Assembly (NCBI GenBank): GCA_025060195.1
Contig: JANXCQ010000001.1
Location: 14,664-78,663 of the forward strand
Source of the DNA: Gemmatales bacterium
Lineage (GTDB): Bacteria > Planctomycetota > Planctomycetia > Gemmatales > HRBIN36
Length of the DNA: 64,000 nt
Direction: 5' to 3'
Position numbers and translations under genes: made by a program
Part shown: positions 1-11,500 of the stretch, one piece after another
Numbering within the stretch: the stretch's first letter is position 1
Layout: each line of letters begins with the position of its first letter
The notes under the pieces: model-generated
Told to the model about the DNA's origin: nothing
Database searches by the model: none
The model's input: the letters and a program-made list of their open reading frames with translations, nothing else

Positions 1-1036
1 GTCGCTGCGGCACCTTGAGGAAATGTTCGCGCGGCGGGGCCGACCTATGCCCGAACGAAACCGCGTCCAGGCCATGCTGCCTCGGGGTGCGGAGGTGCTC
101 CCGAACCCTTTGGGCACAGCTCCAGGTATCTGGCTGACCGTGCCACGCCATCCATGCGCTTGTCCCACGGAGCAGAAACCTTGGAATCTCAGCTTAGCCA
201 AACCGCGAACTTTGCTCATCGCCCTGCCTGGTGTGCCCAGCGAACTGCAGGCAATGTGGCAAACCGAGGTAGCGCCCCGCTTGCAGCAACAGCTGCAACT
301 GGGCCTGGTTATCCGCGAACGGACGTTGCATTGTTTTGGCTTGGGCGAGTCCGCCCTGGAAGAAAAATTGGGAGAGCTGACACGACGTGGCCGCAATCCG
401 GAAGTGGGCATCACTGCCTCCGACGCCACGATCAGCTTGCGGCTAGTGGCGCGGGCACCTTGTGAGGCAGAAGCCCTGGCTCTGCTGGACGCCGATGAGG
501 CCTTCATTCGCCAGCAGCTGGGCGACTTGGTCTTCGGCACAGGGGAGGAAGAACTCCAACATGCGGTGGCGCGGTTATTAGAACAAACTGGCCTGACACT
601 GGCCACTGCGGAAAGCGTAACTGGCGGGCTTATTGCTAGCCGGCTGACTCAGGTGCCCGGCGTGAGCCGGTTTTATCGCGGGGGCCTGGTGGCGTATCAA
701 ACGGCAATCAAGGCTAACGTCTTAGGTGTGCCCATGGCCTTGCTCGAACAGTATGGGGCCGTCTCCGCTCCAGTAGCCGAGGCCATGGCCGCGCGGGCGC
801 GACAACTGTTCCAAGCTGATTTGGCCGTAGCCACGACTGGCGTAGCAGGACCCGATTCCGATGAGCGCGGTCATCCGGTCGGACTAGTTTACATCGGTTT
901 GGCGTGGTCGGACGCAGCGCGCAGTTGCGAAGTGCGTTGGTTGGGGACCCGCTTGGAGATTCAGAGTCGGGCTGCAAAAAGCGCTTTGAACGAGGTGCGT
1001 CTGCATTTACTTCAAGTGGCACGAGCGACGAACTAG
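1..1036 (+). CDS. cinA: CinA family competence/damage-inducible protein (MocF-like domain plus C-terminal NMN deamidase), 5' end outside window
   Basis: Motifs NPLGTAPG, LPGVPSE, AESVTGG, YGAVS and TTGVAGP...PVGLVYIG. The frame is open back to the window edge. Confidence 0.9.
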   Translation, partial: SLRHLEEMFARRGRPMPERNRVQAMLPRGAEVLPNPLGTAPGIWLTVPRHPCACPTEQKPWNLSLAKPRTLLIALPGVPSELQAMWQTEVAPRLQQQLQLGLVIRERTLHCFGLGESALEEKLGELTRRGRNPEVGITASDATISLRLVARAPCEAEALALLDADEAFIRQQLGDLVFGTGEEELQHAVARLLEQTGLTLATAESVTGGLIASRLTQVPGVSRFYRGGLVAYQTAIKANVLGVPMALLEQYGAVSAPVAEAMAARARQLFQADLAVATTGVAGPDSDERGHPVGLVYIGLAWSDAARSCEVRWLGTRLEIQSRAAKSALNEVRLHLLQVARATN

Positions 1037-1212
1037 AAGCGACGCTTTCCGCTTGCTATCGTCGTCGGCCTAACTCGAAACAGATATTATGCCAGCTCCC
1101 GAGTTTCCCTGCCCACCACCACCACAGGATGTCTTAGTTATGCTGCCTAACCGCTGAGAGATGGGCACGTCTTTCAGCGCCGGAACCTCCTGAGCGAGCG
1201 GATCAAATTGCT

Positions 1213-1806
1213 TTAGAGCTCCTTAATAAAGATGTTGCGGAACCATAAGGGCGAGCCGTGAATTTGGAGATGGATGGGGCCTTCGCTCGGTGGTGGTTTT
1301 CCGCCGGGCTGAAAGACCGCATTGTCTACGACCTTCTTGCCATTCAAATATACCGTGACGCGATCCCCCTTCATGATGATGTGAAAGGTGTTCCATTGAC
1401 CAGGTTGGTTATCGGCTACCACTAGGGGAACTTTGCCAGGCGATCCTTGGGGGTTATTCCAAAGGCCCCCAGAACCCTCTTTATTGTCCCAAATCTGAAC
1501 TTGGGGAGCACCGCGCAGGTAAATGCCCGAATCCCCACCTTTTTCAATCTTCCAGTCCACATAAAGCTCGAAATCGCGATAATTTTTTTCGGTAACTAAA
1601 TTCGCGCCTCCTTTGCCCACGTAGTGCAGCACGCCGTCTTCCACCTTCCAGAACTGCGTTTGCTTGTCGGCGTCGCGCCAGCCGGTCAAGTCCTTACCGT
1701 TGAAAAGCGCGGTGAAGCCAGGTGGCGGTTGCCTGATGCCCTCCTGGGCGTACGCCCAGCAAACCGCGCCGAGCGCAAGAGCCAGACTCGCGATACGTAA
1801 TTTCAT
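1213..1806 (-). CDS. Secreted DUF1080 (3-keto-disaccharide hydrolase-like) protein
   Basis: Signal peptide, LFNGKDLTGW, GDSGIYLRG and LQIHG...WFRNIFIKEL. AAGGAGGT lies upstream of ATG 1806. Confidence 0.88.
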   Translation of the reverse strand: MKLRIASLALALGAVCWAYAQEGIRQPPPGFTALFNGKDLTGWRDADKQTQFWKVEDGVLHYVGKGGANLVTEKNYRDFELYVDWKIEKGGDSGIYLRGAPQVQIWDNKEGSGGLWNNPQGSPGKVPLVVADNQPGQWNTFHIIMKGDRVTVYLNGKKVVDNAVFQPGGKPPPSEGPIHLQIHGSPLWFRNIFIKEL

Positions 1807-2023
1807 GGTTCCCACCTCCTTGGTACGAACTCGCACAGAGAGCCGCTATCGATTGCAGTTTAGCGGTAATTCGGTTCAGGCAGGTCTGCAGAAAGGAGCA
1901 GGAGAAAAACTCTGCGCTAAGCGAGTCCCGGTGCATTTAGCACCCCGTGGGAGCAATAATTTATTTATGGTTTATGGCCTTTCAGAACAATTTCAATGGC
2001 AAACTGAATTTTGGCAGGATGAT

Positions 2024-2788
2024 TCAATGATCTGCTTTTGCGGACATACGCTGGGCGCTCGGGCCAACCCGCACAAACGGGCGCAGTTTCTCTAGGGAAC
2101 GTTTGCCAATACCGCGAACGCGGAGGAGATCCTCTACAGACTCAAAAGGACCGTGGCTGTCGCGCTCGACAAGGATTCGCTCCGCTAGCACTGGCCCGAT
2201 TCCCGGTAAGCGGAGTAGTTCATCCTTGGTAGCTGTGTTAAGATCGATGGGTTCGTCCGGCAGCTGTTTAGGGGCACGGAAAGGGACGGCGTTCAGTTTG
2301 GTCGAGCTAACGCTGGCGGAACGATCCCTCGTAACAGGCCGAGTTGGACACGCATCAATTTGCGCGTCGCGCAGCTCATCGGAGTATTGCACGTGCACAA
2401 GGTCTCGGATTCTAGCTAGGGTTTTCGGCCCAATGCCTGGTACCCGTAACAATTCATCCACCCGTCGGAAAGGGCCGTGCTCGTCGCGATAAGCCACGAT
2501 CCGTTGTGCCAACTTCGGCCCGATGCCAGGCAACGCGGTCAACGCTTCAGCACTGGCACGATTGAGGTCGAGGCTGCCCCACGGGGACGGGGGTAAGCTT
2601 ACGGTCTCCGTGGATAACCGAGCCGGGGAATGTGGCCAGGGTAATGCCTTCGGTTGCCGACGCCACCGTTCCACCAACGCGCAGATTAGAATCGCGGTTA
2701 CGAGCACGCTCAGTGCTAAGCGCTGTCGCCCAGACCAACTAGGGTAAGCGCGCTGTTCGGCGCCACTCGACGTGATTGGCGAAACCAC
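2024..2788 (-). CDS. comEA: ComEA family DNA-binding protein with N-terminal TM helix and two helix-hairpin-helix domains
   Basis: Two copies of DLN.A...L..LPGIGP.LA.RI...R..HGPF..V..LLRV.GIG. GGAGG precedes the GTG start. Confidence 0.88.
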   Translation of the reverse strand: MVSPITSSGAEQRAYPSWSGRQRLALSVLVTAILICALVERWRRQPKALPWPHSPARLSTETVSLPPSPWGSLDLNRASAEALTALPGIGPKLAQRIVAYRDEHGPFRRVDELLRVPGIGPKTLARIRDLVHVQYSDELRDAQIDACPTRPVTRDRSASVSSTKLNAVPFRAPKQLPDEPIDLNTATKDELLRLPGIGPVLAERILVERDSHGPFESVEDLLRVRGIGKRSLEKLRPFVRVGPSAQRMSAKADH

Positions 2789-2956
2789 GCGCTGGCCTCC
2801 CGTTGCTCCTCACTCTCGCGAAAAACTGGCCTCATGCTTGCAGCTGTCAAGCAGCTGTATGAGAAGTCGCTATAAAGTCAACACCCCGCTAGACCACGAT
2901 TGAAACGGTTCAACCGAGTTAGCTTGCATCTGTTTCCAGGCAACCAGTCGGGTGCC

Positions 2957-3793
2957 TCATTGCTTTAGTGGCAGTAACTCTACCCGACGAATAAACAACT
3001 CCGCACCCTCGGATTGGATCTGAATCTTGCCGCGCCGGTGGCTGGCCTTAGTGCAGGCATTGACCAACACGCCGTTGACCAGAATCGTGATATTGTCGCC
3101 GTCGCAAATACACTCGACACGATTCCATTCGCCGTGGGGTTTTTCAACATCGTTTTTACCGCGAAACCCAAGCACATCGCGCCAGTTTGGATCGCGGTGC
3201 GACCAATTGATTCGCCCGCGATCGACGGTAACGCTTTCCCCCTTGGGGTCGTAATACAGCTGGTTGCCCTCCCTCCGCACGGTGGCAGTTACACTAGGAC
3301 GATTCTTGCCCGCGACGAGAATAATGTCGCCTGTGCCTCCTTCGATGATCTGGCACTCAATCGATTCCATCCAAAAGCCCGCAGCGGCACCGTCCTCGCC
3401 AACACAGTGAAGTAAGATGCCACTATCTCGGGCCGCTTTCTCCCGCGGTGGAAACGTCTTTTCGCCCCATTTGAATTCGACAATCAGATGATAGTTTTCA
3501 TACTCCTTTTCTGTAGTAAGGGCTCCGAATATTTCACCGCTAATACGGATCATGCCATGCTGGACGGTAAAGACGCCTTTTGGGTCGGAATTCTTCCCCA
3601 AAGGCGGTTGTGCTCTTCCAGGCGAACCGAGCCAGGTGTAAAAGTTCGACAAGTCCTTGCCATTGAACAACGCAATTGGTTGCTTCGGTGTGATGACTTC
3701 CTGTCCGGTGATACTAACGGTGTTAACCAACAACCCAAGCAAAACAGTGCCAAGAATCCGAGCCCCGCGTAGCGTTGCCAGTTGGCCGAGCAT
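2957..3793 (-). CDS. Secreted DUF1080 family protein
   Basis: Signal peptide, LFNGKDLSNF, RDSGILLH, VEKPHGEWN and IQIQSEGAE. Confidence 0.85.
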   Translation of the reverse strand: MLGQLATLRGARILGTVLLGLLVNTVSITGQEVITPKQPIALFNGKDLSNFYTWLGSPGRAQPPLGKNSDPKGVFTVQHGMIRISGEIFGALTTEKEYENYHLIVEFKWGEKTFPPREKAARDSGILLHCVGEDGAAAGFWMESIECQIIEGGTGDIILVAGKNRPSVTATVRREGNQLYYDPKGESVTVDRGRINWSHRDPNWRDVLGFRGKNDVEKPHGEWNRVECICDGDNITILVNGVLVNACTKASHRRGKIQIQSEGAELFIRRVELLPLKQ

Positions 3794-4093
3794 CTTCGAT
3801 GTCCCTAAAGTTCTCTCCGGAGGAAAAGTTCTGGTGATTCCAAAAACACCATCTTACCGGCCGAAACAGCGATGGACAGCCTCCCTGTGGCACAACTTGG
3901 CGGGTTGTCTCTTAGGAGCGACCGTCAGTGGCCGATAAATCAATATATAATGGGCTAATGCTTTGTCCGCAGACTATTAGAAATTCCGAATATGTCTCGC
4001 TGGGCTATTCCAACGCAAGGCCTATAATGGCCAAGGGGCCAACTGACCAACGGGGGAGGTAAGCGGCGCACGCATTCTGAGACGCCGCTTGCC

Positions 4094-4122
4094 TTGACAG
4101 AATCTGAGTTGAAAGAAATGAT
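4094..4122 (+). promoter_or_regulatory. Candidate sigma70-type promoter of the oxidoreductase operon
   Basis: Perfect TTGACA (4094-4099), 17-nt spacer and AATGAT (4117-4122), about 180 nt upstream of ATG 4303. Confidence 0.45.
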
Positions 4123-4302
4123 GCTGCTCACTCATGGACAGGGCAACTATGCTGACTTGGCCACAATGACATAGTGGCCAAGAGTTGCCTTTGCCCCGAT
4201 GAGGACAACTTCGGTGGGTTACTCTTGGGCAAGGGGAGATCGAGGCGACTTAGCATAGCCTACCTGAAGGCAAGGCGCTGCCTCATGAGCTAAGGAGATA
4301 CC

Positions 4303-6306
4303 ATGAGCGCTGTACTCCAGCAAGAAGATATCAGAATTGTTCAACCTACGCGGGAACCACCGCAGCCAAGTTTCGAATATCCGGGCATTCCAACCACATG
4401 CGACGGTGCTGAGGCCGTCGTGCATGTCGAAACTCACATTAGTCAGGCCGCAGGTGCCTATCCCATTACCAGCTCGACCACGATGGGCGGTGGATTCAAC
4501 GCGGCAGTGATGGACGGCAAGAGAAACCTATGGGGCGATCCCCTGATGTTTTTCGAGCCCGAAAGCGAGCACTCGGCCGCTAGTATCTGCGAAGGTTTTG
4601 CCGTGGCCGGGGGTCGAGTTACTAATTTCACTTCAGGCCAGGGTTTGGTGTTGATGAAGGAGGTGCTCTACACTATAGCGGGGAAACGTTTGCCGGTGGT
4701 CATGAACATCGGTGCCCGCGCACTGACCAGCCAGGGCCTGAACGTGCATGCAGGCCATGACGACGTAATGTCCGTGGCCGATTGCGGCTGGGGTATTATC
4801 TTCGCGCGCAATGCTCAGGAAGCGGGCGACTTTTGTCTCATCGCACGAAGGGTCGCCGAAGCTACCTGCGTGCCTTTCTTCAATGTCCAGGATGGCTTCC
4901 TGACCACCCATACCGTAGAAACGGTGCGTTTACCCGAGCCTGAGTTTATGAAAGAGTATGTTGGCGATCCCAAGGAAAAGCTGATCAACCTGATGGACCC
5001 CGCCAACCCGTTGATGTCCGGCGTGGTGCAAAACCAGGATTCGTACATGAAGGGCAAGATTGCCCAACGTTGGTACTATGAAAAGGTCGAACCTGCGCTC
5101 GAAGAAGCCTTTGATCTGTTCTATCGTAAAACTGGAAGGAAGTACTGGTTCGTCGAGCCCTATCGTTGCGATGATGCCGACTACATCCTCGTGGGCATGG
5201 GCTGCTACATGGAGACGGCTAAGGCCACGGTGGATTATCTACGCGATAAGAAGGGAATCGCTGCCGGTGCCCTGACCGTGTTCGTCTTCCGGCCCTTCCC
5301 GGCCCGGCACATCGTGCAAGCGCTGAAAGACTGCCTAGCCTTTACCGTGTTTGAGCGCATGGATGATCCCTTGTCCACGACAGGCAATCACCTGACGCGA
5401 GAAATCAAAGCGGCCTTCTGCGATGCCATGCTGGGCGTCAACGGTCAGGACCGCATTCGCCGCATCCCACGGATTTACCATTGCGCTGCGGGGCTAGGTA
5501 GCCGCGACGTGCGTCCTGGCGACTTTATCGCGGCCGTCGAAAACATGATGGACCCTGATGGCGGGCGCCATTTCTTCTGCGTGGGTATCGACCACCCGTT
5601 GGCCCTGAAACGAAAAGAGGACCCCGATTTGAGGCCTCCAGGCGCATTTTCGATGCGCGGTCATTCCGTGGGAGGCTTTGGTTCGGTTACGACCAATAAA
5701 GTCATTGCCACCATCGCGGGCAACGTGTTCGGTAAAGACGTGCAGGCTTATCCGAAATACGGTTCCGAGAAGAAAGGCTTACCCACGACTTATTACCTGA
5801 CCATAGCAGATTCGCACATCAATATCCACTGCGAATTGGAACACGTGGACTTGTTGGTCATCAACGATCCGACGGCGATTCTCGACCCAAACGTACTCAA
5901 GGGAGTTGTACCCAACGGCGCGATCTTCATGCAGTCGCCTTATACTGACCCGCGGGAAGTTTGGCGGCGCATTCCCGAATATAACCGTCGCATCATCCGC
6001 GAGCGGAAACTCCGAGTTTACTATTGCGACATGGTGAAAATCGCCCGCGAGGTCGCCTCGGAACCCGACTTGCAAATGCGCATGCAGGGAATCGTTCTGC
6101 TGGGCGCGTTCCTGAAGCTGACGCCCTACGCCAAACAGGCCAACATGTCTGACGAACAGGTCTATGCCGGTGTTGAAAAAGCATTACGTAAATACTTTGG
6201 CCGACGCGGCGAGCGCGTCATCCAGGATAACATGACCTGTATCAAACGCGGCTATAACGAAATGAAGGAGATTCCTCAAGAGATTATTCATTCCAGCGAC
6301 TTATAA
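4303..6306 (+). CDS. Pyruvate/2-oxoacid:ferredoxin oxidoreductase, fused alpha+gamma subunit (N-terminal half of NifJ type)
   Basis: AYPITS, ESEHSAA, NFTSGQGL and gamma-domain GHSVGGFGSVT...YPKYGSEKKG. AAGGAG RBS. Confidence 0.9.
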   Translation: MSAVLQQEDIRIVQPTREPPQPSFEYPGIPTTCDGAEAVVHVETHISQAAGAYPITSSTTMGGGFNAAVMDGKRNLWGDPLMFFEPESEHSAASICEGFAVAGGRVTNFTSGQGLVLMKEVLYTIAGKRLPVVMNIGARALTSQGLNVHAGHDDVMSVADCGWGIIFARNAQEAGDFCLIARRVAEATCVPFFNVQDGFLTTHTVETVRLPEPEFMKEYVGDPKEKLINLMDPANPLMSGVVQNQDSYMKGKIAQRWYYEKVEPALEEAFDLFYRKTGRKYWFVEPYRCDDADYILVGMGCYMETAKATVDYLRDKKGIAAGALTVFVFRPFPARHIVQALKDCLAFTVFERMDDPLSTTGNHLTREIKAAFCDAMLGVNGQDRIRRIPRIYHCAAGLGSRDVRPGDFIAAVENMMDPDGGRHFFCVGIDHPLALKRKEDPDLRPPGAFSMRGHSVGGFGSVTTNKVIATIAGNVFGKDVQAYPKYGSEKKGLPTTYYLTIADSHINIHCELEHVDLLVINDPTAILDPNVLKGVVPNGAIFMQSPYTDPREVWRRIPEYNRRIIRERKLRVYYCDMVKIAREVASEPDLQMRMQGIVLLGAFLKLTPYAKQANMSDEQVYAGVEKALRKYFGRRGERVIQDNMTCIKRGYNEMKEIPQEIIHSSDL

Positions 6307-6437
6307 AGCCTCTTACGATGTCAGTCCATCTTCTAAGAATAGAAGGGCTTCGTCGAGCTTTGTGAATGTCGCCTCAGCATGACCGAGGATTTTGGGGTAA
6401 CCCCCGCTGTCAAATGATTTAACGCATGGAGATAACT

Positions 6438-8105
6438 ATGAGCGCTACGATAGATGGCGTCTTTCGCGATATTGGGAAACTTCCCTCCATGAACGGTCCG
6501 AAGCCTGGTGATCCGTTCGGTAACAGCACTTATGGCACGCTGGTAGATAGGCCCTACAAACTGGTTCATTTGCCCGTGCTCGATGTCGTAGACTTCAACG
6601 AACGGATCGTACGTGGTTATGAAGAGGGGTGGGGCGAAGAAGAATTGCCGGCCGATTTGTCAGTGGCGCGCTCCCTGATTCCTGCCGGGACAGCCAACCT
6701 ACGGGATTTTTCCAACATTGCCCCCGAGATTCCCGAATACATCCCGCAAAACTGTACCGGCTGCATGGAATGCGTGACCGAGTGCCCCGATACAGCGATT
6801 CTGGGCAAAGTGATCGGAGAGGACGAGTTCGAGCGGCGGCTCCAGGCCATCCCCGAAGAAGACCGAGAAATGTTCCGCCAACAGTGGGCCAAAACGAAAA
6901 AATACTACGAAGGCGGCAAGAAGAAAGGTTTGCCGGGCGGCCTGTTCCAAATCATCATTGACCCATCGAAATGCAAAGGTTGTGCCGAGTGTGTAACTAT
7001 CTGCGATGACGGAGCGTTGAAGATGGTGCAGAAAACCGACGAGGTTATGCTCAAAGCTCGTAAGAGCCACCGCTATTTCAAAAACATGGGGCCGAGCGAT
7101 AATCGCTACATCAGCGATAACTTGTTAGTGGACATGATGCTCAAGGAGGAAACGCATATCTACGTCGGCGGTGCGGGTTCGTGTGCGGGCTGTGGCGAAG
7201 GAACGGCGCTGCGGATGCTTTGTGCGGCTACGGCGAGTAAGTATGGTGATCAGTGGGGTATTGTCGCCGCCACGGGCTGTAACACCGTTTACACCTCGAC
7301 TTATCCCTATAACCCCTACTTGGTGCCCTGGACTAATTCGCTGTTTGAGAATGCTCCCGCTTACGCTATCGGTATCCGCATGCGCTGGGATCAGATGGGC
7401 TGGCGGGATAAACCGCTGTGGTGCATCGGCGGCGACGGTGCGATGTTCGATATTGGCTTCCAGTCGCTTAGCCGCATGCTCGCCAGCGGGATGAATATCA
7501 AGGTCTTCGTTCTCGATACGCAGGTTTATTCCAACACGGGTGGCCAAGCCTCTACGTCTTCCTACTTGGGCCAGAACACGAAGATGTCGGTACACGGGAA
7601 AGTGCTGGGTGGCAAACAAGAAAGACGCAAAGAGATCGCCCAGATTTGCATGATGCATCCGAATACTTATGTGGCACAGACAACTTGTGCCCACTATAAC
7701 CACTTCTATAAATCGGTGCTTGGCGCCCTGGAATATGAGGGGCCAGCGATTGTGATTTGCTACACCACTTGTCAGCCAGAGCATGGCGTCGCTGATAATA
7801 TGGCAGCCCACCAGGCCCGTTTAGCCGTGGATAGCCGCGCATTTCCGCTCTTGATTTACGATCCGCGCAAAGGCGAACGCATCCGCGAGCGATTATCGTT
7901 GCAAGGAAACCCAGCTCCGAAAGAGGACTGGTACCGCCACCCGAAGACTGGGCAGCCGATCACCTTCATTGATTTCGCCCGCACCGAAGGTCGGTTCGCT
8001 AAGCACTTCGACAAAGACGGTAACCCGTCGCCAACTTTGTTGGCCGCCAACCAAGAGCGCCTCGAAAACTGGCGGCTCTTGCAAGAACTCGCCGGTCTGC
8101 GGTGA
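6438..8105 (+). CDS. Pyruvate/2-oxoacid:ferredoxin oxidoreductase, fused ferredoxin (delta) and TPP-binding (beta) subunit
   Basis: CTGCMECVTECP and CKGCAECVTIC (2x4Fe-4S), GSCAGCGE, GGDGAMFDIG and YSNTGGQ. GGAG RBS before ATG 6438. Confidence 0.9.
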   Translation: MSATIDGVFRDIGKLPSMNGPKPGDPFGNSTYGTLVDRPYKLVHLPVLDVVDFNERIVRGYEEGWGEEELPADLSVARSLIPAGTANLRDFSNIAPEIPEYIPQNCTGCMECVTECPDTAILGKVIGEDEFERRLQAIPEEDREMFRQQWAKTKKYYEGGKKKGLPGGLFQIIIDPSKCKGCAECVTICDDGALKMVQKTDEVMLKARKSHRYFKNMGPSDNRYISDNLLVDMMLKEETHIYVGGAGSCAGCGEGTALRMLCAATASKYGDQWGIVAATGCNTVYTSTYPYNPYLVPWTNSLFENAPAYAIGIRMRWDQMGWRDKPLWCIGGDGAMFDIGFQSLSRMLASGMNIKVFVLDTQVYSNTGGQASTSSYLGQNTKMSVHGKVLGGKQERRKEIAQICMMHPNTYVAQTTCAHYNHFYKSVLGALEYEGPAIVICYTTCQPEHGVADNMAAHQARLAVDSRAFPLLIYDPRKGERIRERLSLQGNPAPKEDWYRHPKTGQPITFIDFARTEGRFAKHFDKDGNPSPTLLAANQERLENWRLLQELAGLR

Positions 8106-8519
8106 TATTCTCGCTCATCGCAGCCGCGAGCTTCTTGTGCCTCCCGACTGGCAACGTTTCTTATTCTTGGTGTACTTGACCTGAGCACGTTAGGCCTTAA
8201 TTGCTTTGGTGGGAGCATTCTGCATGCGAAAGCGTCAGTAATCGTCAGTATCATGCGCCCTGTTAGCGGTTTTCAAAAATCGCATAATATGTAGCTTTAC
8301 TCGTCTTGCTCCTGTCGCGAGTTGCCCAAATAACAAGCGTTAGACGACAACGTAGCGTGTCTGCGCCATCTTCTGCACAACGAAAAATTTCCCTCGTTTT
8401 ATGCGAAATATTGGGAAATGAATTGCGTCTATCGCTATGGGGATGTGTGTTTCGCGTGAACAACACTTTCGCCTAGTAAGACGAGATAGGAATCGCCTAG
8501 GGGACAGGAGGCATTCTGT

Positions 8520-11500
8520 ATGGATCGGATTCGTCCAGCGAGTGTACTGATGTCCGCTTTCGGAAAAGGTTGCGGCAAGGTGTTGGCTTTAGCATGGGCA
8601 CTGTTGCTGACATCAGGCCAAGCATCAGCACCTCTGAACGCAGCGCTGCCTCCGGTGAAAGAAATCTTGGGTGCGGATGTCGTTGAGGCATGGGAACGAG
8701 CAGGTACATATGCCGGCTATCTCTACAAAGTGGACTCCTCGAGCCTACTGTTTTTCAGCGACGACGTGCCTGATTGGGCTGAAGCCACTGCAATTCCAGC
8801 CTTTCATGTGGAGCAATGCAAGCCGAGTCGCTTGCAGAATTTGCCTGCCCCAAATAAGCCTTTTGGTTTGAGCCTATACGGTCGAGGCATTACAGATGCA
8901 GCCCTCCAGGAAATCATTCGCTTCCAAGAGCTTGTGGCCTTGGCTTTGAGTAATACCGAAGTAAGCAACGAAGGCATCAAACTGCTCACGGCATTGCCTC
9001 GCCTAACAGCATTGGATTTGACAGGCACCAAGATAAAAGACGAAGCACTCAAAGAGTTGCCTAAGCTACCACGACTGGCTGAGTTAGACCTGTTTGGTAC
9101 TCAGGTCACCGTCGAGGGGTTGAAGGCATTAGCCGGGCGAAAACTTCGCCGACTAATCGTTCCGATCCAGTGCAAGAACGACGTGGCTCTCAAGCATTAC
9201 CTGGCAGCCCTTCAGCCAATGTCTGAATTGGACCTATCAGGGTGGAATATTGACGATGAATCATTGCAAGCGCTGTCAGGGCTGACCCAGCTACGGGCTC
9301 TCAACCTCAGTTCGACACGAGTCAAGGGCACGGGATTGATGCATCTAGTCTCGCTGAAACAGCTAAACAAGCTCGACTTATCGAGGACGCCCCTAGTAGA
9401 TGTGGGCCTCAAGCATGTTGCGCAACTCACGGACCTTCGCGAGCTGAACCTGGGAATGACGAACATCACCGACCTTGGCCTCCGGGAACTAAAGGCTCTG
9501 AAGCGGATGACCTCGCTGTACCTATTTTCGACCGCGGTAACCGATTTGGGGTTGAGCGAACTAACAGCGCTGTCCCAGCTCACGAGTTTGAATTTGGCTT
9601 CCACTCGTATCACCGATGCCGGACTAAGGGATTTGGCTAAGCTGAGGCAGCTTCAACTGCTGGATTTGTCTTTCACTGCGATAACCGATGGAGGATTAGC
9701 CGCCATAACCACCTTGCCGCATTTGACAAGTCTCAATCTCAAGGGCACAGCAATCTCTGACCAAGGACTGAAGCAATTGGCGCAATTGCCTCGACTGACG
9801 AGTTTAGACTTATCGGCCACTGTCATCACGAACGCCGGTCTTAGACACCTGAGAGCGCTGAATCAACTGCGCTGGCTCACGTTGAACGATACCGCCGTGG
9901 GAGATGAGGGATTACGGGAGATCGCCCTTTTGCCGCAGTTGCGCGGCCTGGCCTTGGACAAGACCCTGATCAGCGACGCTGGTCTGATGCATTTGGCAGG
10001 GCGCAAACTTCATTGGCTGCACATTCCGCACCGTTGCCGGACCGACACAGGACTGAAACATTACCTAGCTGCCATTGAACCGCCACAATATCTCTACTTG
10101 AGGCACTGGGAAGTGACCCCACGAGGACTCCAAGCGTTGTCTGGCTTGAAGCTGCGCTTTCTGTTTCTTCCGGAAAAGTGCCAAACTAATTTGGGGTTGC
10201 GCTATTACCTATCAGCCATTGAGCCACGTCGCAAGCTAGACCTCAGCTCGTGGCAACTCACCGACTTGGGCGTGTTAGAGTTAGTTGGCCAGAAGCAACT
10301 GGAAGAACTCAACTTAGCATACACCAGGATAACCGACGAGGGCCTGAAGTTCCTGGCCCAGCTCGACCGATTGCGCGCGCTCAATCTTCACGGGACGCTG
10401 GTAAGCGAGCGTGGAGTATCAGCATTGACGGCCTTGCGGCACCTCAGCAGACTCGACCTCGGCGCCACGTCTGTGGACGATAACGCCATGAAATCTCTGG
10501 CGCAACTCAAGCATCTCACTGAATTGAACCTGAGCGATACGTATGTCACCGACGCTGGCGTGAGGGAACTATCCGCGTTGACGCACCTCGCCGTCCTCAA
10601 TTTGGCGTCTTGTTACATCACGGATGATGGGCTGAGAGAGTTGGCCCGCTGGAAACGCCTGAGTGAACTCGATTTGTCGGACACCATGGTTACGGACGCG
10701 GGTTTACAGGCCCTTACCGGGATGAGCTTGCGCTCGCTGAATATCCCCGAGAAAGCCCGCACCGACCTAGGGCTGAAGCACTATTTAGCGGCGATCAAAC
10801 CGCCGTTAGAACTCAACCTAAGCGGGTGGCACATCAGCGATGCTGGCTTGAGAGCCTTGGCGGGTCAGCAGCAACTGAGGCGGCTCAATCTCTTTGCGAC
10901 TCCCATCACTGACGTGGGCCTTAAAGAGTTAGCTCCGCTGAAGCATCTTAGGGAACTCAATCTGCAAAGAACTGCGGTGACCGACGCAGGCCTCAAGGCC
11001 TTAGCAGGAATGAAGCTCGAGCGGCTTGATATTCCCGAAGAGGCCTTCACCGATTTAGGTCTGAAACATTACTTACAAGCCGTGGAGCCGCCGGAAAGCC
11101 TGAATCTGTACGATTGGCATATCACTGATGCAGGACTCCAAGAGCTCGCCAACCAACAACAACTTACCTCTCTCGTTCTCTCAAAAACGCGTATCTCAGA
11201 TGCAGGTCTAAAAGCATTAGTGGGCCTGAAAAATCTTAGTTCTTTAGACCTGAGGGAAACTGGTGTCTCCAATGAGGGACTGAAAGCGCTTTCCAAGTTG
11301 CAGCAACTCGAAGTGCTGAAGTTATCGAGCACTCTGGTATCGGACGCAGGTATGAAGCACTTGGCGGAGCTGAGGCAATTGGTTCAGCTGGAATTGAACA
11401 ACACCGCCATCGGCGACGCAGGACTTCAGGAGTTGGCAAAACTGAAGCAGCTGAGGTGTCTGGAGTTGTGGGACACGAACGTTACCGACGCGGGTCTAAA

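Noticed and set aside
1..2788. cinA plus comEA as a competence island
   Set aside because: They are on opposite strands and separated by DUF1080. CinA is mainly an NAD-salvage enzyme, and no comEC, dprA or recA is in view.
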